Source: Callorhinchus milii (Eukaryota). From it: a stretch of DNA of 64,000 nt. Below, piece after piece: positions 51,210 through 62,312 of this stretch (position 1 is the stretch's first letter; each line of letters starts with the position of its first letter). A model generated the notes under the pieces. The model did not search any database, was not told where the DNA came from, and saw only the letters and a program-made list of their open reading frames with translations. The stretch spans positions 10,912,001 to 10,976,000 of the forward strand of contig NW_024704760.1 of NCBI RefSeq assembly GCF_018977255.1. Direction: 5' to 3'. The translations under genes and the position numbers were made by a program.

Positions 51210-51530
51210 ACACACACACAGTATACACATGCATTACAGTGTAGACACACACACAATATACACACAATATGTTGTATACATAATACAGTATACAAACACA
51301 CACAATAGATACACACAATACAGTATACATACACACAAGCAATACAGTATATACATATACACAATATACACATAATACAGTATACACACTAAATACAGTA
51401 TACACATACACAATCTACACATAGAATACAGTATATATACTCATACAATATACACACACCAGTATATACACACAGAATACTGTATATATACACATACACA
51501 ATATACCCACCCAATACCGCATATACACAC
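51210..51530. repeat. cacaatacagtata-type CA/TA minisatellite
   Basis: Direct reading; continues at 51860-51916 and 54610-54645. Confidence 0.85.
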
Positions 51531-51539
51531 ACACACAAT

Positions 51540-51860
51540 AATAATAATAATAATCCTTGCATTTGATATAGCGCTTTTCACGTCGGGAGGACGTCCCAAA
51601 GCGCTTCACAGAACACACTGTAAAGTGAATTGACTGTATATTTGTGGGCGAACGCGGCAGCCAATTGCGCACAGCAATGTCCCACAAACAGTCGTAGATT
51701 GAAAATGACCAATTTATTATTGTTTTTGGTTTTGGAGGGATTATTATTAGGCTCTGTGTGGAGTAAGGAAACTTGCCCAAGGTTTCGCCCTCTGCCTGGA
51801 ATTGAACTCAGGTCTCTCACTTGCAAAGCGAGTGCTCTAACCACTGAGCTACAGGACTCC
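51540..51860 (-). mobile_element. Family A SINE, young subfamily
   Basis: Nearly identical to 59745-60012. Confidence 0.9.
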
Positions 51861-51916
51861 ACAATATACACATGCAATACAGTATACACAATATACACAC
51901 ACACAATACAGTATAC

Positions 51917-54610
51917 AACAACAACAAAATTACATTTATAGAGCGCTTTTCACGTCGGGAGGACGTCCCAAGGCGCTGGACGGTCAGGGGTCAGGGCCCG
52001 AGCATGGGGGAGGGGTGGTGTAGGGGCGAGGGAAAGCAGAGAGGTGGGAGGGCGACCAAAGGCACGGTCGAAGAGGAGGGTCTTGAGACCGGCCTTGAAG
52101 GAGGCGAGGGAGGAAGCGAGGCGAAGGGACCGTGGGATGGAGTTCCAGAGTGTGGGGGCAGAGAGCCTGAAAGCCCGGCCACCGATGGTGGGGCGGATCG
52201 GACGTGGAGCAGTCCAGAGTCTGATGAACGGAGGGAGATGGGTAGGGGATAGCAGGTCAGAGAGGTAGGAGGGGACAAGGCCATGGATGGCATGGCAAGG
52301 CCATGTACATGAGCTGCAGAGTTTTGGATGATCTGCAGTTTGTGAAGGGAAGAGTTGGGAAGGCCGATGAGGAGGAGTTCCTGTAATCGAGCCTTGATGT
52401 GACGAATGCGTGGGGTGAGGGTTTGGGGGCCTGAGGGGTGAGGCAGTGATGGAGTCTGCAATGTTTGCGGAGGTGGTGGTAGGCAGTGCCGGTCATGGCG
52501 CGGATGTGGGGGAGAAAGGACAGTTCAGGGTCAAACAAGACCCCCAGGTTCCTGACCGGCTTAGTGAGGTTGAGTGTGCAGCCGTGGAGGCTGATGCTGT
52601 CAGCGCCCGAGGTGCGGAGGCACTGGCGTGAGCCAATCAGGAGGGCCTCGGTCTTGCTGACGTTGAGTTGGAGAAAGTTGTCCCTCATCCAGGACTTGAT
52701 GTCGGACAGGCAGTCGGTCAGGACACCAGTAATCCTGGAGTTCAGGGTGGAGGCAGAGAGATAGAGTTGGGTGTCATCCGCATACATGTGGAAAGTTACC
52801 CCATGTCTGTGGATGATGTCACCAAGGGGGAGCATGTAGAGGAGGGGACCGAGGACAGAGCCCTGAGGAACACCGCACGAGACGGTGCGGGGACTGGAGG
52901 ACAAGCCATTTGCCGCGACGAAGTGGAGGCGGTGTGAAAGGTCGGACCTGAACCAGTCAAGGACAGAACCTTGAAGATTGAGGTGGGAGGAGAGGCGGTG
53001 GAGGAGGATTGAATATTCCACAGTATCAAAGGCGGCGGAGAGGTCGAGGAGGACGAGGTGGCAGAGGGAGCCCTGGTCACACATGGTCAGGTTGTCATTT
53101 GTGACCTTGACCAGAGCAGTTTCCGTTCATGGAGGAGTTCATGGAGGGAGTGGGAGGAGAGGAAAGAGCGAAGCTGAGAGGCAACGGCTCTCTTAGATAG
53201 AAAAGGGAGATGGGCCGGTAACTGGACAGCTATGATTGGTCAAGGGAAGGTTTCTTCAAGGTGGGGCTGATAGTGGCTGTTTTGAGGGGGGAAGGAACAG
53301 TGCCAGATGACAGGGAAGGTTGATGATGTCGGAAAGTAGTGGGGCGAGGAGGTGGAGCTGCGATTTAAGGAGAGGGGTGGGGCTGGGGTCCAGGGAGCAG
53401 GTGGTGGGCTTCATGGAGGATATGGTGGTGATGAGGAGGGGGTGGCATGTTCAAAGTGTGGAAGGACAGATGGGTAGTGGTCGGAATGTGTGGGGGAGTA
53501 GGGAGGGAGTGGAAGTTGGGAGGGCAGTGGCAGCTGAGCGGATTCCCTGGATTTGGGACTCGCAATGGGAGTCGGAGGAAAGTATCTGCGTTGCGTGGCG
53601 GGGAGAGCGGAGGAGCCGGTTGGTGGTGGAGAACAGGAGCCCGGGGTTGCCCTTCACCTCCAGGATTAACCTGAAGTAGAAGGACAATTTGGCTGAGGCG
53701 AGAGCGGAGCGGTAGTTCTTATGAGGTCCAGCCAGATGTGGCGGTGGACCGTTAGGCCGGATTTGAGCCAAGTGCATTTGGCAGCTGCACCTGGCCTTAA
53801 GCGAGCGGAAATGGCTGGTGAACCAGGGTGAGGATCGGGAATAGGAGGCAGTTCATGAGGAGAGGGGGGCAAAGGCGTTGAGTGTGATGGAGAGGGCGCT
53901 GTGGAGAGAGTAAACGCAGAGGATGGGTTGTTGCGAGAGGTGGGCCAGAGGGGGAGGAGTTCAGAGGACTCCATATCAGCGGAGAGGGATTGCGGGAGAT
54001 CTTCTTCCACGGGCAGAAGATGGTGGTAGGTTTGGAGGCAGTGGGGAGACGGATATGGGAGTCCCCCCCGAGAGAGATGAAATGGTGGTCAGAGATGTGA
54101 CATCCGAGACGCTGAGGCCCCAGGTGATCACCAGGTCGAGTGGGTGACCGTGGGTGTGGGTAGCAGAGTGGATGTGGAGGGAGAGGTTGAGAGGAGAGGA
54201 GAGAGAAGTGTGAGGAGGTGGAGCAGGAGGGGGTGAAGTGGAGGTTGAAGTTGCCAAGGATGATGAGGCGGTTGGAGCAGAGGCAGAGGGAGGCGAGGAG
54301 GCTGGAGATGTCAGAGATGAAGGTGGGGGAGGATTTTTTGGGGGGGGGGATAAATTAGGATAAGGTTTAGTGAGAGGTGGGAGGGATGGCAGAGGATAAG
54401 GTGTTCAAAAGAGGGGAATATGAGTCAGTGGAGTGGGGGGATACGGCCAGTGACACCCTGGAGATGAGGGCCACACAACTGCCACGACGGTTGGGGCGTG
54501 GGGCATGGTGGTAGGTGTAGCCGGGTGGTGGGGCCTCAGTGAGGCGGGAGTTGACACCTGGAGTGATCCAGGTTTCCGTGAGGGCCATAATATCAACCGT
54601 ACAACATAGC
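51917..54610 (-). mobile_element. L2 LINE, most of ORF2 (endonuclease to RT to 3' tail), frameshifted
   Basis: DIMALTETW (EN), [35 protein letters not shown] (RT), tail gcgccttgggacgtcctcccgacgtgaaaagcgctctataaatgtaa(ttg)n. Confidence 0.93.
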
Positions 54611-55226
54611 AACACACACAATACAGTATACACACCCCCAACAACAACAACAACAACAACAAGATTCCATTTATAGAGCGCCTTTCACGTCGGGAGGACG
54701 TCCCAAGGCGCTGCACAGTTGGGTCAGGACAACTTGCTCCCCCTGCCACCCACCCCCACACTCTCCCCCCACGCCCTCCCCTGCCCCCACCCACTCTCCC
54801 CCACCTCTCTCTCGTTCTCACGCAGGAGAGCGCCCCCAGACCACTTGACCGTGGCGGACATGGCTCCACGCTGGGGGGAGAGGGAGGTGACCGTAGACAC
54901 CACCGAAGAGGAAGCTCTTCAGACGCAATCTGAATATGGGGAAGAAAGGGGCAAAGCGGAGGGATCCAGGAAGTGTTCCAGAGTTACACACACACACAAC
55001 CTCGAGCCCCTCAACACCACCACTCCGGAGAGAGAGAGAGAGAGTGGGGGTGGGGGAGAGTAGGGAGGGAGAGAGGGAGGGGGGGGAGAGCAGGGAGGGG
55101 GGAGAGCAGGGAGGGGGGGGAGAAATGAGGGAGAGAGGGGGGTGGGGGAGAGCAGGGGAGAAAGAGAGAGAGAGAGAGGAGGGAGAGGAAACGCGGGGGG
55201 GGGGGGGAGGTTTGGAGGTAACTTAC

Positions 55227-55275
55227 TGCCACAGACAGAGGTCAGGCAGAGAGCGATGGGGAGCAGCGCCCACAT
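55227..55275 (-). CDS. MHC class I leader (signal peptide) exon
   Basis: aagATGTGG; MWALLPIALCLTSVCG, 49 nt, phase-1 donor GGCA|gtaagt, in frame with alpha1. Confidence 0.85.
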
Positions 55276-55396
55276 CTTGCTGCCCCCGGGCCACCACTGG
55301 CCCCCGGGCCGCCACAAGGTCGAGACGAGAGACCAGGTGTGAGCGGTCAGGACTCGCTCTGAGCAGCTCCACAGCCTCTCACAGCCACTCACACCC

Positions 55397-55417
55397 CGAC
55401 CGTCAGCTGTCACTGAG
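55397..55417 (-). promoter_or_regulatory. X1/X2-like (RFX/CREB) box of the class I promoter
   Basis: Minus strand CTCAGTGACAGCTGACGGTC about 125 bp upstream of the ATG; resembles class I/B2M X1-X2 modules, with a TGACG half-CRE. Confidence 0.55.
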
Positions 55418-55452
55418 CAGCGCAGGTTCTCAGTGGGTGAGAGAGAGGGGGG

Positions 55453-55468
55453 AGAGTGAAAGTGAAAG
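55453..55468. promoter_or_regulatory. ISRE/IRF motif (GAAAGTGAAA)
   Basis: Exact tandem GAAA repeat at 55458-55467, about 40 bp upstream of the X-like box. It sits at the edge of a GA-rich tract, so chance is not excluded. Confidence 0.5.
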
Positions 55469-55759
55469 AGAGAGNNNNNNNNNNNNNNNNNNNNNNNNNN
55501 NNNNNNNNNNNNNNNNNNNNNNNNNNNNNNNNNNNNNNNNNNNNNNNNNNNNNNNNNNNNNNNNNNNNNNNNNNNNNNNNNNNNNNNNNNNNNNNNNNNN
55601 NNNNNNNNNNNNNNNNNNNNNNNNNNNNNNNNNNNNNNNNNNNNNNNNNNNNNNNNNNNNNNNNNNNNNNNNNNNNNNNNNNNNNNNNNNNNNNNNNNNN
55701 NNNNNNNNNNNNNNNNNNNNNNNNNNNNNNNNNNNNNNNNNNNNNNNNNNNNNNNNNCT

Positions 55760-56510
55760 GTGAGAGAGAGAGTGNNNNNNNNNNNNNNNNNNNNNNNNNN
55801 NNNNNNNNNNNNNNNNNNNNNNNNNNNNNNNNNNNNNNNNNNNNNNNNNNNNNNNNNNNNNNNNNNNNNNNNNNNNNNNNNNNNNNNNNNNNNNNNNNNN
55901 NNNNNNAGTGTGAGAGAGAGAGAGAGTGTGAGAGTGAGAGACAGAAAGTAAGAGAGACAGAGTGTGAGAGACTGAGAGTGAGAGAGACAGAAAGTGAGAG
56001 TGAGAGAGACAGAAAGTGAGAGTGAGACAGAGAGTGAGAGAGTGTGAGACACAGAGTGAGAGACAGAAAGTGTGAGAGAGACAGAGAGAGACAGAGTGTG
56101 ACAGTGAGTGTGAGAGTGACGCAAAGACAGAGAGTGTGACAGAGAGTGTGTGAGAGAGAGAGACAGAGAGTGTGAGTGAGAGAGTGTGTGTGAGAGAGAG
56201 TGACAGAGTGTGAGAGTGACCGAGAGTGTGAGACAGAGAGAGTGAGAGAGAGAGAGACAGAGTGTGTGAGAGTGAGGGAAAGATAGAGTGTGTGAGAGTG
56301 ACAGAGATAGAGAGTGACAGGGAGAGAGTGACACAAAGAGACAGAGAGTGACAGAGGAGTGCGAGTGAGGGAAAGTGAAAGAGAGAAAGAGTGAGACAGA
56401 GAGTGTGAGAGTGACACAGAGATAGAGAGTGACAGAGTGGAGTGTGAGTGAGGGAAAATGAAAGAGTGAGTGTGAGAGTGACAGAGAAAGAGAGAGACAC
56501 AGCGAGAGCA
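55760..56510. repeat. GA/GT-rich low-complexity tract with N-gaps
   Basis: Direct reading; N-runs 55475-55757 and 55775-55906. Confidence 0.9.
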
Positions 56511-58019
56511 GGAGTGAGGGAAAGTTGTTCCACAGAAGGAAGGACGTGGCTGTTTCCAGGTCGTGCTCGTGCCTTAGTGAAGCACTTTAGTCTGTGTCAG
56601 ACCCCATTAGAAAATCCCCGGATCGGTTTGGATGAAGGCCCTTTGGTCCATTGTATCTCATCGTTCCAGGACCCCCACAGCGCCGTCCTCCCAGCACAAC
56701 ATCGAGCTGCTTTTCCAATCAGTCCCACGTCCCGGCCTCTCCCACCTTTCCTGGTCACCCTGTTCCGGTCATCATCATGTCGGCTGAGTAAAGAAAACCG
56801 CCCCTGGTGTCTGCCCTCTTATTCCCAAAATTTCCATTTTTAATCCCATTTCAAATTTTCTAAACCTCTAAAAGGTCCCCTCTGAGCCGTCTTCTCTTGA
56901 GACTGAAGAGCCTGAGCTTGTCTAGTCCCTCCCAGCTCGTCCCTCTCACGCTGGAGATCAGTCTCGCTGCTCTCCTCTGCACCGCACTGCTCTGTACTGC
57001 CTTGTTACAGTAATCAGATCTGGATGCCATAGCCTGGCTGAAGGCCACAGAATAAGTGCTAGCGATTCTGTAATCAACCCGACCGATTCAGTGTTGTTTG
57101 GGAATGGAACTGGGGATCTTTCTCCCTCTGTAAGGATCAGCCACCTTTGGAGATGCTCGTATATGATTTTTCTTGTCGATTTATTAAACACTAACAGTTG
57201 CAGTCCTGGGGGCCGTCACTCCATTGTCCAGAGGTGTCGTCTTTCAGATGAGATTTTATACCAAGGTCCTTCTCTTCAACTGCTCCTTCGATCATCCTCC
57301 TACCCCCACCCTCCCTGTGCTCCAGCCCTCCTGATCACCAACCCCCAGCTTGGGTGCAAATCTTGACTGTCCAGCGCCTTGGGATATACAGCCTCCTGAC
57401 ATGAAAGACGCCGTGTAAATATAATTTGTTGTTGTTGTCTCATCTCTCTGTTCAGATGGACATTAGAGATCCTGTGGTGTTACTCGAAAAGAGAAGGGAG
57501 TTTCTCTCTCCCAGTTTCCTGGCCAACAATCCCGGAGATAAAATTGGTTATTCACTTCATGGTTGTTAATATCAAATCAAATACAAGGATTATTATCATT
57601 CTTTATATAGGAGAGTAACTTTACTAAAACAGAGAGACTTTTAATCCTTTGTGTATGAAACGTTCCCTGAATTGACTGTTAACAAATCGTTGAACTCGGA
57701 GTTTAAGACTTGGTCACTTCTTGAAGACGGACTCCTGCAGAGTGTATCGTCTGTTTAAGGTGGATTTACAAATCGCAGCCAATGTACAGAGGCGGCTCAC
57801 GACAAAGAGTGTGTGAATGGAGCGAAATGTCAAACCTTTACAAAACGAAACAAACACAACTTGAACTCGTTACTTTACTTCAGACCGTGGTTGCATAAAC
57901 AGAACACACCAGAGGTGGGAGGGGGTGGGGAGTGGGAGAAGGTGAGATATCCAATTCACATCCCTGGTACATAGGACCTTCAGGAGCTGTGAAAATTCCC
58001 ATAAGCGCCTGAGACACAG

Positions 58020-58410
58020 GGCTCCGTTCAGAGAGAGATGTGAAGCTTTGTCAGGTTCTGATTAGGTTGAGGGATGATATGATTACGGAGTCTTTAAATA
58101 AGCTGTGTTATCCTCTACTGAACAGTAGAACCAGAGGACACGGCCTGCGATTGAAGGGGGGGGGGGGAATTCGGGAAAAATCTAGGGAAACACTACTTCA
58201 GTGAGCGAGGAATAAACGTATGGAACAGAGTCTCGGGAGACGGTGGAAGCAGAAAGTTTTCAAGAACAAATTGGATAGATTTCTGCTAGAAAGTAATATA
58301 TGGGGATACAGAATATAGTTTGCGACATGCATGCAACTGTCAGAATGGTGGGAGGTGAACTGGATGGATCTTGGTCTTTTTTTGCCCAACAATTCTTATG
58401 TTCTTATGTT
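58020..58410 (+). mobile_element. CR1 3' fragment, degenerate
   Basis: aggttgaggggatgatatgatt...agaaccagaggacacggcctgcgattgaagggg...gatggatcttggtctttt. Confidence 0.72.
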
Positions 58411-58606
58411 CAGGTGTTTGATCAATCATGTGTTGGGTCCCAGGAAACCTGGAGCTATCAAAGTGAACGTGGGCTGGAGATTACAGGAGCTAATGAAGCT
58501 GGGAGATCGTACCGCAGGAGGATTTTCCAACATTATTCAGTAATGGCAGGTGATCGACTCATAATCCCACAGGTTCCAGTGGATGGAATGTGAAGTGCCA
58601 ATACTC

Positions 58607-58765
58607 TTACTCAGAGACTTTTAAGCCTTCCATGATCAGGTTCAGTTCATAGCAGAGGGTTTCATAGCGGTAAGCCATCCGAATCTGAGACACGTTTGTC
58701 TTCTGAATGCTGTTACCTTCCGGGCCCTCCTTACGGTAGTTAGGTCCCAGGAATTTGATCTTCTC
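58607..58765 (-). CDS. AMPD1: AMP deaminase 1, last coding exon
   Basis: gacag|GAG; [52 protein letters not shown], 159 nt. Confidence 0.95.
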   Translation of the reverse strand, partial: EKIKFLGPNYRKEGPEGNSIQKTNVSQIRMAYRYETLCYELNLIMEGLKVSE

Positions 58766-59744
58766 CTGTCAGGCAAGAGTGAAAGGGTAGAGGTTGAAGT
58801 TACAGAAGGAGACAGACAGACAGGTCGTGAGGTGCATTAGGAATCCAGGACCTGCTGTGTTAGAGAGCTGGCACTAAGGGTTAGCAGCTGCACAGAGAAT
58901 TATTACAGAAAAGATATGATCAACCAAGGTAGAAGATGCTCCAGCAGAGCTGGGGGGAGCTTCCCATTGTCAGATGTTCCATCCTTCGTTTTATTTTTGG
59001 TCTGATACACACAGAAACCCACCTAGACATGGAAATATCGCCCACGTTCGCCCACAAATATACAGTCAATTCACTTTACAGTGTGTTCTGTGAAGCGCTT
59101 TGGGACGTCCTCCTGACGTGAAAAGCGCTATATCAAATGCAAGGATTATTATTATTATTATTATTATAAATCCCAGAGATAGGTTGTTGGAATGGAATGC
59201 GCTCTCTCTCTCTCTCTCTCTCTCCCTGGAGGGAAGCAGCACTTACCTAATTCTGAAATGTATTAGGCGCAGGTTGGCAAGAGCCAAGGCTTGGGTACTA
59301 GGTTATATATGCAATATATGGTTAGTTCAAATCCACAAAGGTCTGATCGAGATGTTTTAACATCAAGGCTATGGTTGGAATTCTTCAGGAATATTTTAGA
59401 TTTCTTTTAATATAGAAATAGTCGCCCTGTTAAAAGCAGCCCATCCCTCCCTGACCACCACCCACCCCCGGCAAACCTCTGCCCATTGCTAAACTTCCCA
59501 ACTGGGCCACAAAATACACAGTCAGTTCACTTTTCAGTATGTTCTGTGACGTGCTTTGAGACGATGAAGTCTCAGCAACATGATAAGGCTATAACATATG
59601 CACGGATTTTTATTGTAACTCTCTCCGGGAGAGATTTCTGGAAGATAATATTGCTTTTCATATCAGAAGCTGATTATTGTAATTCAGTTGTCACGGTTTC
59701 TGATTGAGAACATTTCAGGAAGGAAGTAATAATAATAATAATAA

Positions 59745-60012
59745 TCCTTGCATTTGATATAGCGCTTTTCACGTCTTCTAAACGTCTCAAAGCGCTTCAC
59801 AGAATATGCTGTAAAGTGAATTGACTGTATATTTGTTGGCGAACGTGGCAGCCAATTGCGCACAGCAATGTCCCACAGACAGTCGTGGATTGAAAATGTC
59901 CAATTTATTATTGTTTTTGGTTTTGGAGGGATTATTATTAGGCTCTGTGTGGAGTAAGGAAACTTGCCCGAGGTTTCACCCTCTGCCTGGAATTGAACTC
60001 AGGTCTCTCACT
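59745..60012 (-). mobile_element. Family A SINE, young subfamily (5' truncated)
   Basis: Shares the diagnostic ttattgtttttggttttggagggattattattaggctctgtg segment with 51540-51860. Confidence 0.9.
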
Positions 60013-60469
60013 GAGTAAAAGTGAGTATTAAAAGCCGGATGTGGGTTAGGTTGTATTTGGGTACGGGACACCTCTAGTCACAGGTACCTGATGTGTTGCT
60101 TACAAAGGAACAACATTGTAAGTGAATTGCACCAAAAGGACAAATTGATCACACCAGAGGTACCTTCTGCGTCACAAAGGGTGGTCAAACACTGCGATAC
60201 AGTGACACGACTCCTGGTAATTCTAAGTGACTAGCTCAGGGGCACTGAGGCCAATTGTAGCAACTCCACCTCCAGCCCTTGGTTCAGATCATCCTACTGT
60301 GTCCTGGCAAGTGTCTTAGTGATGTTTTCTTGATTCACGAGACTATCAAGGACCCCCCAACCCCACACTCAAATAAAGCAGCTACACATTGAGCTGAAAC
60401 ACGAGGGGGTCTGTGGTGTAGGAAGCACTGAATACGTTGTGTAGGACTAACTATGCCGACAGGAAGTAC

Positions 60470-60580
60470 CTGCTCAGAGAAGCCACTCTGCAGGACGCTG
60501 TTTCGGGCGATCTCACACATGTCACAGGTGCTCAGCTTGAAGACCTGGGCTGCGATGGCATACTCCTCCATCAGAGGTTC
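60470..60580 (-). CDS. AMPD1: AMP deaminase 1, penultimate exon
   Basis: 111 nt, gacag|GAA...CAG|gtact; [37 protein letters not shown]. Confidence 0.96.
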
Positions 60581-60639
60581 CTGTCAACAGACAACACACG
60601 TTTACCATCGTCGATCCACGCTGAAATCAGACAGTTAAC

Positions 60640-60825
60640 AAAAGGCAAAATACTGCAGTTGCTGGAAATCTGGAATAAAAACAAGTGGTTGGGAACACTC
60701 AGCAGGTCAGGCAGCATCTATGGAGAGAAGAAAGTGAGTTAACGTTTCAGATCGATGACCTTTCATCAGAGATCTGCTGTCTGAGCTGCTGAGTGTTCCC
60801 AATGACATCTGTTTCTATTTCAGTC
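60640..60825. repeat. Imperfect palindromic dispersed repeat
   Basis: gggaacactcagcagg at about 60690 pairs with ctgctgagtgttccc at about 60786; same family as 7288-7410. Confidence 0.75.
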
Positions 60826-61767
60826 CGTCAGTTGTTGTTGTTGGTTCCATTGAACACCACAAGATCTCAGCGGTATCAGCTCTAACAATAGAACTAATCT
60901 ACCAGTTCAGCACAAACCATAGAATTAAATAGTTATGTTGAGTGATGCAGCATGGAAACTAGTCTGTGCTAATGTTTATATCCAAACGAACCCCCAACTA
61001 AACCACCCTCATATTTCCTCTATTCCTTTCTCTCTCTCATGTATGTATAATATTTTCCTCATAAATAAGAGAGTCTGGGAGCCCCGGTTCAGCCTCCCAT
61101 TCAGATCAGGTCAGTGAAGGCATCCTCTTGTCTTGAAAGGCACAGTATAAATGTAAATTAATGTTGCTGAAACAGCTATTATATTTATGCCCCCTTTGTT
61201 CAAATTCTTTCATAAACTTGGAGGGAATTAATCAAGTCTCCTCTCAATTGCCCCATCTCTGGAGAGGAGCAATCTTTCTAAATAACTATCGCCTCATCTC
61301 TGGCAACATCCTGGTTAATCTACGCTGGCCTCTCTCCAATGCTACACTATAATAATAATAATCCTGCATTTGATATGGCACTTTATCACATCTTCAAAGC
61401 GCTTCACAGAATATACTGTAAAGTGAATTCACTATACTCTGTGGACGAAACGCAGCAGCCAATTGTACACAGCGGTGTGCCACAAACAACCATGGATTGA
61501 ATTGGCCAAATTATTGCTATTTTCATTTATTTATTTTGAAGCGATTATTACCCCTGGAAAATAATAAAAAAAACTATTATCCCTTCCTGCAGTGTAGTGA
61601 CCAGAACTGTACAAGTACTCCCTATGTGGTTTTATATAAATGTAACAATACCTCTGTACTTTTATACTCTATTCCTCTGGACATAAAATACCTCCTCCAC
61701 CGGGAGCAGCAGTGATGACTGAAGGACATGAGTGAGTCCTGGTGCCCAGCCCGAGCCCCACACTTAC

Positions 61768-61941
61768 CTTGGTGTAATGGAACTGCATGGGGTCATCAGT
61801 GGAGAGTGAGACCATCAGCCCTTTCTGCATGTACTCCAGGAGTGGATTCTTGGCGTACTCCAGGAACAGGCTGTTGTTGCTGAGGGGAGACATGGCGATT
61901 GGGATCTGGGTCAGGAAGTACAGGTACTGCAGGACAGGGCT
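61768..61941 (-). CDS. AMPD1: AMP deaminase 1 exon (catalytic SLSTDDP motif)
   Basis: 174 nt, ctccag|AGC...AAG|gtaagt; [58 protein letters not shown]. Confidence 0.97.
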
Positions 61942-61974
61942 CTGGAGGGACACAGCAGCTTGGTCAGCCTTAAT

Positions 61975-62312
61975 AATAATGATAATAATCCTTGCATCTG
62001 ATATAGCGCTTCATGTCTTCAAGACGACTCAGGCTTCACAGAATATACTGTAAAGTGCAGTCTGTTTTTTGGGTGAAATGCGGCAGCCAATTGTGCACGG
62101 CAGCGTCCCACAAACAGTCGTGGGTTTAGCGACCGAATTACTATTATTATTATTGATTTTTTTTAAGGAAAAGTGATCCGCCGATTGACAAACAACAGGA
62201 CTACTTACTGACTGCTAAGTAAGCAGAAGCGTGTGGAGTAAGGAAACTTGCCCAACGTATCGCCCTGCCCGGGAATCGAACCCGGGTCTCCTCGCTTGTG
62301 AAGCGAGTGCTC
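61975..62312 (-). mobile_element. Family A SINE, full length
   Basis: Tail, core and head on the reverse strand. Confidence 0.85.

Noticed and set aside
52257-53084. 275-aa RT ORF as an active retrotransposon
   Set aside because: The surrounding ORF2 is broken by frameshifts and deletions and no ORF1 is visible.
43804-55906. N-runs as biologically meaningful
   Set aside because: All four abut microsatellites and are assembly gaps or masking. They limit what can be said about the TM donor and the distal class I promoter.
55410-56533. 335-471 aa S/L/H-rich ORFs
   Set aside because: Translations of GA/GT microsatellite and Ns. Only the 16-codon leader is supported.
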